From Raillietiella orientalis (lineage: Eukaryota), in contig JAYWIR010000001.1 in assembly GCA_036172245.1 (NCBI GenBank), positions 5,580,001 to 5,644,000 of the forward strand: a stretch of DNA of 64,000 nucleotides. Direction: 5' to 3'. The notes under the pieces were generated by a model that ran no database searches, was not told the origin of the DNA, and worked only from the letters and a program-made list of their open reading frames with translations. Shown here one piece after another: positions 11,660 to 24,580 of the stretch. A program made the translations under genes and the position numbers. How positions within the stretch are numbered: position 1 is the first letter of the stretch; each line of letters begins with the position of its first letter.

Positions 11660-12250
11660 GTAACCTCCAACTCGGACGCAGAACTTCAGCGGCCAATGGC
11701 GAAGTTATCGACGGTGTTTCTTTGGTGGAAAGTCTGCTAGGGCGGCACACCAAAGCAGACTTTTCGCGTCGTGTACTCAGAGAACGATCCTCATCGGTGT
11801 CTTCGATTCCGTTAGGAGGTTTCGCTGAAGTCGACGAAGGATGTCCTAAAGGATGGCGACTTGCCTTGAAGCTAACGGTCACAGCCTGGTCTTCCCACGA
11901 CCTCCCACGACATATCCCTGGCCATTTTTTCCGGATGGCGGAACCATTGGTAGCCGTCGAGCGTGCACATGGTCGTCTGTGTCGCCCCGTGGTCATCGAC
12001 CTCAGAGACCCTGACCCAACAATCATCTGACCTCTATCCGCGCACACGCTGGACCGAGCACTTCCCGCTGGCACTCCCGGAAGCGAACCGGGTCCAGTAG
12101 GTCACAGAGGAGATGGTGGGGGTCGCGAGTTCGGCGCCGCCTTCCACGGCCGCCTGAGGAGCTCCGGCGGCAGCGGTCGTGCAGCTGACTTCGCGGGTCG
12201 GATGAGAGCGGCGCAGGCTTTTACTGGCACGCGGAGCTGACGAGCGAGTG
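11660..12250 (-). mobile_element. Possible LINE ORF1 N-terminal fragment
   Basis: 'IRKKWPGICRGRSWEDQAVTVSFKAS' loosely resembles the ORF1 N-termini seen elsewhere in the window. Weak. Confidence 0.3.
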
Positions 12251-12699
12251 GCGGCGCGTGCGGCACGGAGGGCATTCCCGAAGCGCCCTTTTCTGTGACG
12301 TTTCCTGAAGGGAGCAAAGTTGTGCGTGCGTGTGAATTCGAGGAAGGGGGGGGAGCAGGAAGTTATTCTCCCCCCGACCTGGCTTCTCCCAGCCGGGAAA
12401 CTTCTGTGTATCTTTGACTGGGTGGGAGGCCGGTTCGCCGGAGAAGGAGCGGCGGAGTACCAAGAAGTTTCCCCGAGCTGCCCTCCCCCAAAAACAAGGG
12501 GGAAGAGGAAGAACCGCTGAGCCCCTTCTGTTTTTTTTTCTTTTCTTTTCTTTTGTCTTCCGGCGGTGAAGAGACGGTCAAAAAAAAAAAAAAATGACGA
12601 GAAAAAATGGCGATTTCTGTCGTGGGCCCGGCCATCACGCGGGAGGTCCCCATCCCGCTTAGCAATCAGCAAGATGAATCTCTTTCAATTTGTCATGCG

Positions 12700-14470
12700 T
12701 CCAGAGGAGATGCGCCCTCCTGTCTTTCCCTCCCGCCGATGGTCACGCGAGACGCAAGACGGAACGCTGCAGGATGACTGTAATCATCACCTCCCAGGAT
12801 CCCGCGCTGAATAATTCACGTTTTCGGGATAAACAAGCGAGGAGGATTCCAAGAAGCGAGGGGAGGGAGGGAGACGACCTTCTCATTTCTGCAGTCCGTC
12901 CTCTTCCTCCTCTTCCTCAACGGTGGCGAGAGACCACCCAGGGTCCTCGAGAAGCGAAACAGCCGCAGGCCCGCTGTGGTCCCAAGGGGCAGCGGCACCG
13001 TGGAGCGCGCCCGACCTCCGACTGTTGACAAACCCCGTGCCTGCCCGGCTCGCTCGCGGCATTCCACGTGCTGGTGGTGCTCCCAGCTCCTCCCCCTTCC
13101 GTTTCGGTCGTGCGTGTGCTTTCTGGGCGTGGTCCATCGAATTTGATTTCGACTCCCCTCTGAGGGTCTTATCGCTCGGAAGGGTCACTCAGCTCCCTCC
13201 GTTCGCCGGAAAAGTCCCGCTCTGGAGCGGTGGGGTGCAAGGGGCAAAGGGAATCGCGGGAAACTGACCGGAGCTAGAGAAGGCTGCGGACGGCGCTGGG
13301 GTCCCCGAACTTGGTTGTGCGGTCGATGCGGAGTTCGACACATTCCGGAGACGCTCCGTTCCCGCCTGGATGAGGGCTCTCGAAAGAAGAGGGGGAATGA
13401 CTTGCCGGATGACGTCGACCCCGCCTCCGAAAGCCCAAATTCCAGGGCGCTCGCGGAGGAGCACCGCCCAGCGGTTGCTGAGGACAGCAGTCGCGCCCTC
13501 CGTGCGCTCCCCGAGAAAGGCAATCTCTCGCATTCTCCAAGGGACTTCTTACGGGAGAGCCCTGCTGCAGGACCACAACGGGACTCCTTTCGCTTTTCTC
13601 AGCCTCCAGCGTCTTCGCCAGCGACCGAGTCGCTCTCGAGGACAGCGTGCCTCTCCTCCCTCCCTAAGGCTCCGCGCTACCCGCTTCTCCTTCCGTCCGG
13701 CGGAGCTGACCGACAGTTCTTCAAGACAGTCAGCCGCCGCCGCCGCCATTACTCACCCGGACGCGCCATTTCAAGAGCGTGAAAGCCGGTGGCGGCGCCT
13801 CCGTCCATCCTCTTGCCGCCGCTCAGGGAGACCGAAGCGAAGGGTTTCCGGAAGGACGCAGCCGACCCAAGGAGAGCATGTCCGTTGAAGGGAGGAGGAG
13901 GATGGGACATTCCCTCTCCGAGGGGCAGATCCCGGGGTGCGAGAAGCTGCTGTGGAGATCGGTAAGGTAAACGGGGGTCTTGGAAGCTCGGCGATCGACC
14001 CCTTACGCACGCAGACGGACACGTTCGCTGGCCCACTTGGGTGAGGAATGCAGGACACCCTTCCGGAAACGCAAGGAATGACAGGTAGTGCAAGGATGTT
14101 CATCAGTGTTCGGTCTCCCTGGTCTGCTGCTTTTGCCTCGAAGAGGTGGCCTTCTCAACCCGTCCGAGGGGTCGGTCATCGACCCGCTGGTCACGAAGAA
14201 GGGGGGGAGAAGCAAAGGCGCCGTATGTGTCCATCCCGCGGGGGACGAATCAACAGGTGCTACCCGGGGCAAAGATGGACGTCTCCATTCTGAGAAATAG
14301 ATTGCCCACCATTGGTGGGTGAGATGGTGCCATTGTGGGGAGAAAAATTCCTCCGCTGGAGAGCTCCAAGGACGTAAAAGAGGGAAACCGAGCCCCTGCG
14401 GAAGTCGCGGACGAAGGAGGCACTCCTGGAGGAACGGGAACGGAATGGCACCAAGACGCGCCTTGAAAGG
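12700..14470 (+). repeat. Family B body copy
   Basis: 13830-13940 (DRSEGFPEGRSRPKESMSVEGRRRMGHSLSEGQIPG) parallels the minus strand of 4910-5020 (HGSEDSFEGLPTKRLGECLSGWRGKASSLGDRISG); 14200-14470 resembles the reverse complement of 2640-2950. Confidence 0.5.
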
Positions 14471-14479
14471 ACAGCAGGT

Positions 14480-15600
14480 TCCCTAGGGGATTCGACAGTG
14501 CTGGTGAGGGGCGCTGCTATCACCCGATGTTCGAAAGAAAGAGAGCAGGACACTGATCTCATCAGACAAGCGACGAGGTCAGGTGACCTTCCTGCTTACC
14601 AGACGAGTGTCCTTTCTATTCAGGGGGGAAGGGGAAGCGATCACCTAGGCAGAAACTGCTTCTCGAGGAACTGCCAGGGTTGTCCTGAGAAAACTCGGAA
14701 TTGAGACAAATGCAGGCGTTTGCCTTTTCCTCTTGTGCTGTCTCCGGGAATCCACGCGTTTCCGCATCCGGAAGAAGCGCTCGTGTTGAGCATGCTACGG
14801 CTGCTTCAGAAGCTGACTCTCTCCTTGGCAAGGAGGCAGTTCCGAGTAGCTTGCCATCTCGGGAGCACGAGGTCTGCTTCTTGCTTTGGGTCGATCCGTT
14901 GGCGGCAGCGCAGCTCGTTTCCCTGTACACCCGATTCCATTTCAAGAGCACCGAACAGCGTTTGCGAACACGGTGCTGGGCGCACGTTGGGTTGCCGAGG
15001 CCGCTCCGGGGGAAGCCAGAAAAGCGGAGAGGAGACAGCATCTCCGAGAGCGGAGGAAACGAAGCGAAGGTCCAAGAGCCACCTCCTTCCTTGCCCTCTG
15101 CTCCGTCTTTCTCCGTGGGTCTTGGCTTAGCTGCAACCCACTGGGCGCACGCATGGCCTCTCTCTTCAGTTGGGGGCCCCTGGCCGTTTTCGGCGCCGTT
15201 CGTCCGCCTTGGCAGCAAGTCATCGCCGCAAGAGCGATGACATGGTTCGGATGCCTCTTCGAGAAGGAGCGCCCAAAGCTGAGAGCCCTCGGCTGCTGCG
15301 GTCTGGTGCGCAGGGAGAGCACCTAAAGCGAATCATCTGAGAACTCCTCAGGGCATAGAATCTCTTTCGCGTGTCTCCAGAGACTCGTCAGAAACTCCTC
15401 GGAGTGCCTCCCAGAATCTCCTCAGCACGACTGTGCCGGAGGATGCGTCTCTGGACAACGGAACAGCCAGCCTTCCCGGTCTTATCCAGGTGAGCTGCGA
15501 GACCACTAAGGTCTGACTTCCACATTCCCCGCGCAGTCGCTCCAGGGTGGCTCCTTCGGTGTGCCCGGATCCGCGGACGTCGGAACGTTCCCCAAGGATG
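14480..15600 (+). mobile_element. Decayed LINE ORF2 fragments (EN C-terminus, linker, RT pieces)
   Basis: 'GRGSDHLG' (APE SDH motif) near 14630; 14930-14990 resembles the reverse complement of 850-910 (aacacggtgct.gggcgc). Confidence 0.5.
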
Positions 15601-15879
15601 TTGGCGGTCGCGACGCGCTGCGGCCGCATCGCATCGTCCCGGAGAGACCACTACCCACTGCTCTTCCTCTTTCTGCGGCTGCTACCAAAGAATTGCACCC
15701 ACCTACTGAGGAAACTCTCGATCTTTCCTTCCCGTGGTTCACCGCGATCCCGGGATCCCAAGACAGTCGACGACGCTTCGATTCTCTGGAAGAGCTCGAA
15801 GTTTCGAGAACGCACGCGAACCGGCTCTGCGTGTTGAGCGAAAGGAGATATGGCACGGAATGAAGTGGGCAAGATCCCC

Positions 15880-16880
15880 ACCATCTCCATCCTCTTCGTG
15901 TCCTGTTCATTTCCCTGATTATCACCACCCGAGATCACACGATCTCGTGTGGTGGTGTCACGCGCGTGCAACGTCCGCCTGGTGGTTGGCGCACGTTCAA
16001 GGCTACCAGATCTGGTAATGGGAAGGCTTCAAGCAACGTCCGGAAAGGGAAAACGAAGGGAGGCAGGAACGAAAAGAGGAAGGAGAAGGAGTAAAGAGCT
16101 GCGCCACCTGAATCGACGGTGTCGAAGCAGATGAACCCAGGGCACAGGCATACCATCCCCAGGCCATGGACAACTTCAGAAGCGCCGCTGCAGAAGTGTC
16201 TGGCCTGCCACACATCAATAAGAGTCCTCATGGAAGGTGTCTGGGCATCTGACAAAGCACGACCTCCCGGAAGGCGCGATGGAGGTGACCAAGTGCAGTA
16301 GTTCGGGCGAGCACTATGCGACTGTCAACGGGACAAACGAACGGGCCGAAAGGACAGCGAGTGGACGGTGTCCTCCAGCAACCAAAACAGCCGGCTGGGT
16401 GTCTGCTGGACCGATTGGCTGGAGCATCCTCGACGCGACCGACCCCGGACCTAGCATGGTCGGGTCGCCAGAGGGCCTGCGCAACTCCGAAACACCAGCT
16501 AGCACGCTGGCGCCCCCAGTCGGCGCCCCCTTCCCCGTAGGATGAAGCAGATAACCATGGGGTCGAATCCCATAAGTGAGAAAACAGATCCATCGCAAGG
16601 AGGAACACGCGTTGACCGCGTAAGTGTTCCTCGACTCCAAGAAATCCCCCCCTCTTGCCAGCACTGCACCCCGGAACCGACTCCGAAGTCCCTAATTTTG
16701 CTCCACTCTCCTCCCCCGGGCAACAGAGTGCCCGCAGACTCTCGTGGCACCGCCGTCCCAGAACTTGGACCGAGCTGGGATGCCCCACAAACCCCACGAA
16801 GATCGATGTTTGGCGACCCGTCATCAGGGGATTTTCAACAGGGGACGGTGTGGATGCGGGACGCACGCGATCCATTGGGG
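15880..16880 (+). mobile_element. Decayed Tx1-like ORF1 (RRM-like region plus zinc knuckles)
   Basis: 'HVQGYQIW' near 16000 matches 'HEQYQIW' at 48180; 'SGHLTKHDLPEGAMEVTKCSSSGEH' is a CCHC-knuckle remnant. Confidence 0.5.
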
Positions 16881-16919
16881 GAAGGGAAAGAGAGAGAGAA
16901 AAAAAGGGGGATGATGCTC

Positions 16920-17440
16920 GTGAGAGCCTTCTGCGGAAGGCGGAAGCAGCCCATCAAGAAAACGGAGATGGAGGACGCTCAAAGAAGTCCCCCATTTTGC
17001 CGAGGTCAGCGCGATCGCTGATGCCTCAGCTTCCCATCCAAAAGCGAAGCCAAGGAGGTAAAAAGAGCACGGCGCGCCGGCGGCTTCGACCCCTCGTCCG
17101 GAGGGTTCGCTGAGGGAGATGAGGACATTTCCGGTCCCTCTTTCCACGCGGATGACCGCGGATCGAGCTGGACCCGGGAGCCTTTCGCGTCGGGAGATCT
17201 CGAACTTGCACCCACGCCTCGGGTCGGCCAATGCACCCAGACGTCTCTGAGTGGCGCGTCGCTCGCGAACGGAACTTTCCAGCCGAAGGAGGAATGGAAG
17301 GGGGCGCTCTTCCCCCTCCCCCGTTTTCCTTCCGGCGGCGATTTCCCTTCTGCGGGCGAACGCACTGCCGCCTAATGGTTCCTTCACACTGCTTCCGAAA
17401 ATTCGCATGTCGGAGAAGCACTCGAGCTGCGGCGGCAGTT
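16920..17440 (+). repeat. Family B body fragment
   Basis: 17105-17340 resembles the reverse complement of 10325-10580. Confidence 0.45.
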
Positions 17441-17829
17441 GATGAAATCATCTCGTGGCAAAAAAGAGGCTCGGCTGGGAAAAGGAAATCGTCTCCTCCT
17501 CCTCCCACTTCTTTTTTTTTTTTTTGTTGTTTTTCCTCCATTCAGGAATAAGTTGAGATCTTGTTAATAACAGCTTTCCCCATACTCGGTGCCTACTTTG
17601 ACGGGAAGGCATGTCAAAAGAGAGGGAGCCGTAATGGACCAAGGCAGCCAAATCATGTTAGACGTCACGTGAGAATTTACTTCCCGCCACGATCGGTTGA
17701 CGCGTGCTTCGTGCGTTTAAGGCAGGAATCTCGAATGCTCCAGGCGCTCCTCAGGAGAGAAAGAGGGAGGGAAGGAAGAAGGTGGTTCCACCCGCAAAAG
17801 CGCACTCCAAGCTTGCGAGTGCGCGGCAG

Positions 17830-19188
17830 GACGCGGGATGAACATCTGGTGCAGCGCGGATAGATCACGGTGGTATGTCGTCCCTCCCCCTCACTGGGGA
17901 AGGGGAAGGGGGGGTGGGAATGAGGGTGAAGCGCCGCGCTCGAGAAAGGAAACGCCAATGCCGAAGAGCGCTTCCACCTTAGGCCTTCGACCAGGTCGGA
18001 GTTCCTGCGGTCTGGACAGAGACCTCGGAGACATGGCAAGAAGAAGCTTTCTTCGCGGTCGAGTCGCTACTCATAAGCAGCAGCAGCAAAGGCAAACAGC
18101 CGGAACGCGGGATCGAAGGCACCAGAAGTGCGGGAAGAGCAGGACGGCTGGCGACGCCCACCGACCTGCGTGCTGCCCGCGAGGCAGAATGCATCTTCCT
18201 ACTGAACAGCACATACGCTTGTCAGCCGTTGAAAGAGATCCTGGGTAGCACCAGGAATCTGCTGCGGGTTTCACTCATCCCCCTTGTTTCAGTGCTTTCC
18301 TCCCTACGGGAAGCAAGGAGCAGCGACCTTCCGGCAAGGTGGCATGTACAATTAGAAGCAGGAAAAAACATATGGATGGACGGACAACTCGGGACTGCCA
18401 CCATGAGTGTCCCACGCAAAGGACTGCTATGCTAGAGAACTGCTACACACCCCTCCTGAGGAGGTGAGGTGGCCCCCAGCGTGTCGGGACAGTGCAACTC
18501 TCCCCTTAAAGTAACAGGAATCGGTGATCTTGCTGTTGCATTGGAGCCTCCCGTGCAATGTCCGCCACGTTACTGGACTCGGGGGAGAGAGTGCGAGCCC
18601 CAGCTGCAGCAGGTGTGGAGAAAGAGATAGTTCCTCCCGCACCTGCTCATGGATTGCGTTGCCCTTCGCCCACCCACCCCGGTGGGGACGCTTTGCCGCG
18701 CCCATGCGGTTCCCCGAGGGCAACCCCCGAAACACGTTTTGAAGCGCCTCTTCCTGCGCGATGCCCTTACGCCGACCGCATCCCTAGCAGCGCTCTGCTG
18801 CCTACGCGGGGTCGTGACTGCATGGAGCAATGACAGGGGAGGCCAGAACGACAGGGCACCATCTATTTGGCGGTCCTCTTCCTGAAGATGGCGTCAAGAT
18901 GACCCCGTCTGGGGATATTAAAACAGGAATTTGTCGGCATCCTTTGCAAGATGCTGAGGACGCCCTCCAGCAGACAGTGATCTCTGCCCGAACCCTAACA
19001 AATTTTTTCTGTATTTTTTTTTTTAATTTTTGTTTGCCTCCCCCCCCCCCTCTGCTGACGAGGTGAACGTCGCCAGCCTGAGCAATGGTCTCGGCAGGTT
19101 TCTCTTCTTATATTTGTATTTCTTGTATCACTGACTTGTAAGTTTATTTTATCAAAATGAATGCCCCGGCGCAACCGGGTGTCAAGCC
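17830..19188 (+). mobile_element. 5'-truncated L1/Tx1-type LINE, 3' portion (zf-RVT, 3' UTR, terminal motif)
   Basis: 'LPARWHVQLE', 'TLPLK*QESVILLLHWSLPCNVRH...SPSCSRCGE' and 'LAALCCLRGVVTAW'; terminal aatgaatgccccggcgcaaccgggtgtcaagcc. Confidence 0.8.
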
Positions 19189-19199
19189 TGCTGTCCGCC

Positions 19200-20560
19200 T
19201 AGGTCACCGCGGGTTGACGAGATGGAGGACGGCTGCGGCTGCGGCAACCCTGCCTGGAGACTCCACCAAGAGAAGGTTTGGCTCTATGGGACCTTCTGAC
19301 GGCACATTCGGGGTGAGCCGCCCTCTTCCGCGAACCCAGTGACGTCCGCGGACAGGAGGCAAGTCCAGGGTCACCGGACTTAGCCAAACCTTCCTCCCAT
19401 CCTCGTCTTCACGAGGGGGTCGCGGCGACGTCAGCTCGTCGGATGAGCGTCTCCCCGTCCCGTGTCTCCTGATCTGAGGCTCGGACTTCCTCCCAGAAGG
19501 CAGGGTCGAAGGGCGAGCGGCTCCTAGCGCAGTCCCAGTCCGGCCATCGCCCAGCATGCACCCGCGACGGACCGGAAGGTCGAACCCAACGAGGGTGAAG
19601 GCGACTCCAATGAAGGACGTCGCCGAAGGACCACCGAATGCGTCGGCGAACTTCGTTCGGCTCTGAGCCAGTTCCCGTCACTGGGAGACACGCGAAGACG
19701 TCGTCGTCCCTGACGCCTCGCTGCCGGTGCAAAGGAGAGCATGGATGCATAGGAGCTCCGGAAGGAGGACACGAGTTTCCCGATGCGTAAGCGGGAGCGT
19801 TTTGCCGCGGTCATTCGGAAACTCCAGGAGGATGTTGCGCTCTCCAGAGGAGATGGATCTCCGAAGGGGAAACGGCGCGAGATTCCCGCCCCAATTACGC
19901 GGACTTCGGACACCGTGGGACCGCAGTTCCCCAGGGAGGCGGATGGCATCCCGCAAGCCGCCCTGCGAGACGGGCGGCCTTCCCTCCTTCGGGTCTCGGA
20001 ACTCGCGGGCTCGCGCGCTGTCGAGCCGACCTGGCCCTTCCGCGACGGTACGTCCCCACGCCATTTCGGAGGCCCTCTAGGGCCGTATGCACGCTTTCCC
20101 TTCCCCTTCCCCTTTCTCTCCACACTTCCAGCGCTTGTCCTCCCTCTATCCACTTTTCGCGTTCAATCGCCTTTCGCCGGTGCTGCTGCTGTTGCCCGGG
20201 GCTGGGTACTCATCGATCTGTTTCTGAGAATCCACCGGATCGCCCTCGCCCCACTCGCGAATATCCCTCCTCCCTCATTCTGCTTCCTTTTCTTCCTGGA
20301 CTTCCTGGTCACGGCTCGTTCACGGATAACTCGATTTCGTGAGCGACCGTTGCTAACTGTCTCCGCCAAAAACCAGTTCCAGGTCTCCATCTACAACCTC
20401 TTCTCTTCCATTCACTTTGATCCTCGTGGGTAACCCCATTACCTCGCCCCAGCACTGCTCCAGGAGGAAACTCGCTGGCTCTTCGACTCAAAAATCGGCC
20501 TCCCGGAGTTCGACACGCTCGGCTGGATCTCTTCCCGTTCCCGATCTCCCCTCTAACTCT
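19200..20560 (-). repeat. Family B or related GC-rich repeat fragment
   Basis: 19865-19950 resembles 4690-4770 (both give RTSDT on the + frame); the reverse complement of 20440-20520 resembles 33320-33375. Confidence 0.45.
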
Positions 20561-20682
20561 ATTAAAAGTGATTGAAGAGTGAGGAGGTGGAGGGGGGAAA
20601 AAAAAGTTTCGGTATCCAGGAGACTCATCGAATTCTGTTAGCCTGGAAGTTCCCAGAAACTCAAAAGCGAATCGGCCACATC

Positions 20683-20712
20683 CGGGAGGAGGAGGAGGAG
20701 GAGGAGGAGGAA
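20683..20712. repeat. (GGA)n trinucleotide repeat
   Basis: Sequence gggaggaggaggaggaggaggaggaggaa, read directly. Confidence 0.9.
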
Positions 20713-20759
20713 GGAGTGCAGAAATTGTTTCCTGTCTCATAGGGACGGGGAGCGCCATT

Positions 20760-22800
20760 GTTGGGAGTCGTTAGGCTCGAACGCTCGCGGAGATTACGGC
20801 CAATCTCCTGTCGTTGTTTTACGATTCCCGTTCGGGGTCCTGCTGTTCCTTTTGTCTGGAGAAATGCTTGCAAATCACCGGCCTCTTTTCTCCTGGAGAA
20901 ACGCCGATGGTTCCTTATCGGTCCTCGATCTTCGCGGATGCTCACCATCGGAATGCTATGAGGCCACTTTGGAGAACTGGGATGCCCCATTCGTGAGGTG
21001 GATTTATCTCAGGGATTGTTCTTCTGCTACGCCCACGTTTTCTCTTCAGAATTCCTGGAACCCCCTCGGGACTTTTTCACTGTGAAATCGCATTTCCGGT
21101 TCGGCCGAGAAGTTTCCTGGCCTGGAATGCTCCACTCGCAGGGTAACGAAACTTCAAAAGGATCCGATCTTCCTACTGTCACCCACATCTTTGGAGACCT
21201 CCCGATCCTCGATGCCCACTGCAGAGCAAGACTTAGGCATTGTTGCCCTGGGCGATCACTCCTCCTTGGAAGGGCGCGCAGTGAACGCGGCGGCGGCTGC
21301 CGAAAGCAAGACTGACGTGCGCAGGACATTTCGGGAGCAGACAAGGCCAGCATGGGGGCCCAGGAAAAGGCGGAAGTTTATCTGTGGGAAGCCTGCGCGA
21401 AGATGCTAGATCTCGTCCTGCCGTTTGCGTCGGTCCTGAACTTCTCGATGAGGTCGGCGCGCGCTCCGATCTAGGGCATCGCGCTGTCTAAACCCGGAAG
21501 ACTTTCTCCCTACTCCAGAATTCCCTTCCTACTCAGTAAGAGTGTCTGACGCGGACGAGCCACTCTACAGTGACGGTAGGGACCAGCAAGCAGCCCGCAG
21601 AGGACTGCGTCCACCTCACAGGAACAAGAAAAGAGCTCCGCGAGGAGCGCCTGGACGAAGGCGGTCGAACGCTTTTTGGAGGTCCACTGCAGCCACCGAT
21701 TCCCCCCGGTGTTTGCCCATGTTGGCTTCTGTGCCATCGCCTGCAGGGGTTTCTAGAGGTCTTGTAGCTGCCCACCGTGATGCGCTCCTGAAGAACAGAT
21801 CGAGCTTCCACAAGTCTTCCTGAGACCGCACGTGCCTGCTGACGACGAGTTACGCAGATCTCCGCTTTCCCAAGTCTTACAGCCTACAAATCGGACAGCA
21901 ACTCGACACTCGCATTCCTCACCACTACAGGACTTCAGTTGCTAGGGCTGCGCAGGTCTCCTCTTCTGGGGAGGGGGGAGGAGGGAGAGATTCCTTCGCT
22001 ATAGGTTTCAGGTTTCTTTCCTCTGATTGCCTTTGCCTTTGCCCTACGTCTTTCGGCAGTTCTACTCCTGCTGTTTCCATGGAACCGGATTTCCCTCTTC
22101 GTTGCAAGAATGCATTTGTTTTCCCTCATTCTTTCGACCTTTCCAGCATCCGAAGAGTATGTGGAACCCGCGCGATGGCTGCCCGACTCCAATGACGTTC
22201 CGTCCTCCGTCTCAGCGTAGCACGGCTCTTCCGCTCCCGATCTCGGAAAGCGAGCGCCCGCAGCTGCCGGGTTTGCAGGTCGGCTGCCCGCTTCTTAGAA
22301 CTCTTCGGATGACTTGCTCGTAGCTTTCGATTCGAACCGCCGGCAGGACGCCCCGCGCTTGAGGGGAGCGACGAAGCGAGGTCAAAAAGTTCGAAGCAAT
22401 GCAGCCTGCAGCAGTCAGAGCACTCGCCGCCATGGAAACCAGACCGGCCGAGCTTCCTTTCCTCACGAGCTCGCTGACGATATCCCGAGGCGGTGGTGAT
22501 CCCGGGAAGCGGACAGCTTCACTACACGAGCCCAGGGGAGGCCACGGTTACAGAGTGCATGAAGGTCCGCCGAACACACCAGCGCGTTCTTCGGCGGCGA
22601 CGGGTGATGCTGAGGATCCCTGCGTCCCAGCGCTCTCGAAGAAAAGCCGTCTCCGTCTTCTTTTTCTTTGCGTCCGCATCCCTTTCGTCAATCTGCTTTC
22701 ACCTGAACCAGGCTCCTATCAGGTTCACCTTCGTGCATCGTTCAATACGCATTTTAAATCCAGGTAGAGGGAAAGAGTCGCTTCCCGAAGATTAAGAGGA
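20760..22800 (-). mobile_element. Decayed LINE reverse-transcriptase region
   Basis: 'RIESYEQVIRRVLRSGQPTCKPGSCG' (resembling EI..A....KAPG.DG), 'VAAVDLQKAFDRL' (RT motif), 'RKGILE*GESL' and 'VKKSRGG', in the expected order. Confidence 0.75.
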
Positions 22801-23129
22801 CCGAGCCAAGTTGGGAGAGCGGCAGGCAGCCTGGCTCGTCAACTTTCACTCTTCTGCTCCGCAAGAGGGCTCGTGTTCCCAGAGACCCAGATTGGGGGGA
22901 AAAAAAATTCTTGTTGGGAGGGGGAATCGATTCCCCCGTACGTTCGCTCCCTTCGCACGGGATCGGCGTCATGTGGCGGCAGCAGCAGCGTAGTGCATTT
23001 CATGTTGGACTCAAACCGCACTAAGTATCGGACCTGTTTGGCCCCATGAATCTTTAATGGCACTCCACCTGCCGAGGGTGCAATCTGCTGGTGCATTTCC
23101 GATCGCTTCCATCATGCTTAAGAGCTCGT

Positions 23130-23760
23130 TTCTTCAGCTGTCCGCTCGCGCCCAACACGACGGCGGCTCCCCTCTTCGCCGGAGAAACACGGAAACTTCA
23201 TGACGCCCCCCGCACGGTCCAACGACGCGACGGAACTTTTCTTTAAATATTGACGAGTCTTTCATTACCTGCCGTTCCCTCTCGTGATTCAGGAGAGGCC
23301 GGTGCGCCCGGAGCTCGTGTGAATTTTGCATGTCTCGGTGGCAAGAAAAGGAGGGGAAGCACTTAGGGCGCGCAGGATAATCGGGCCACTTATGAGTGCG
23401 CTTAGGAATCACCGGGACGGCTGTTCTTGACCCTTGAGTCAACAAGTTCGTCCAGGAATCCACCTTAATCAAACGAGGAAGGCGAGCTTTCAGGCAGATT
23501 AGTGAATTATTGAACACCCGCAGATCACAAGTTTCCGTTCACATGTCGTCGATTGGTGCTGTGGTAAACAGAACGGCCCTGTCGTTGCCACGCAGGAACT
23601 CCGAACCTGGCTGGATACACACCGAACTCGCCGACTGCATGTCCGTATTCGTGTCCCGAACTAATTCGTCCGCTGTCCATTCGGCAGAGATTTTACCCTG
23701 AACGTCGGTGGCTTCGCACGATTGGTTCGCAAGCATTGCTTCCATCACCTCCATTTTTGA
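23130..23760 (-). mobile_element. Possible RT N-terminal fragment of another LINE
   Basis: 'WTADELVRD' followed by 'VPVIPKRTHKWPDYPARP' (resembling I.PIPK....DYRPI). Weak. Confidence 0.3.
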
Positions 23761-23899
23761 CCTTGATTCATGCGTGCTTACGCATATATGTAGAACGGTC
23801 GTATACCATGTACAGAGTTATCGGGAAGCAATAGCCCTCACGTGGCCCGCAGGCCCCATAGGTTGACACTTGACACCCGGGCATCGTCAACACTTGCGA

Positions 23900-24580
23900 A
23901 GTCCTCCTCGCCACTTGCCTCCTTCGTCCCCTTGCGTCATCCTCATCAACCGACAGCAGCAGCAACAACAGTGCAAAACCTTCCGCATCCGCTTCCGTGT
24001 TTTCGCAGCTTCCAGAAGGTTCCCCGGGCTGGCAGCAGACGCTTGCCTGCCCCGGCGGCTTCAGGAGCCACTTGACGCCCGCGGGCTTTCTTTCCCTCCC
24101 GTGTTCCTGACCGTGGCGCAGACAAGGTCGACGCTGCCTGCCTTCTCGATGGGCGTATCGCCCGTGACAGGCGGACACGGAGGGGCCCCCGGGGCCGTCG
24201 ATTCAGTCTCCTCCGTGCACCGAATGCACCCGTGCTCGCGCATGCACGCGCTTTGCCTGCCCGGGGACGCTTGCGAGCGGACCACTGCGCCGTTTTCGCC
24301 ACATGATGCGTCGGGCGAGGAGGCGCCATGCGTGTCGATTTCGGGACCACCCGCGCCGCTGGCTGCTACTTCCATCCGGTAGCCTCCGAGGTGCCAGGAG
24401 CTCCACGGAATTTCGAGGGCCTGTCGCTCGCCCCGGACCAGTGCTTCAATTGTTCTCCTGGAAGCCCACGGGGCCAGCAGGAGGCAGCCCCTCTCGTGTA
24501 TCGACGAGGCCACGGTCTGCCCATCGCCGCATTGGGAGACTCCCGTCACTTCGCGGAAGCCCGCGATGCTAGGACATTCT
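23900..24580 (+). mobile_element. Decayed Tx1-like ORF1
   Basis: 'TFRIRF', 'GAVDSVSSVHRMHP', 'MRVDF' and 'FEG...QCFNCSPGSPRGQQEAAP...LGDSRHFAE' (two degraded CCHC knuckles). Confidence 0.55.

Noticed and set aside
23340-23420. Tc1-type transposase WP..SPDL motif ('KWPDYPARP')
   Set aside because: There is no SPDLNP, no DDE context and no TIRs; it fits a LINE 'IPK...DYRP' remnant slightly better.
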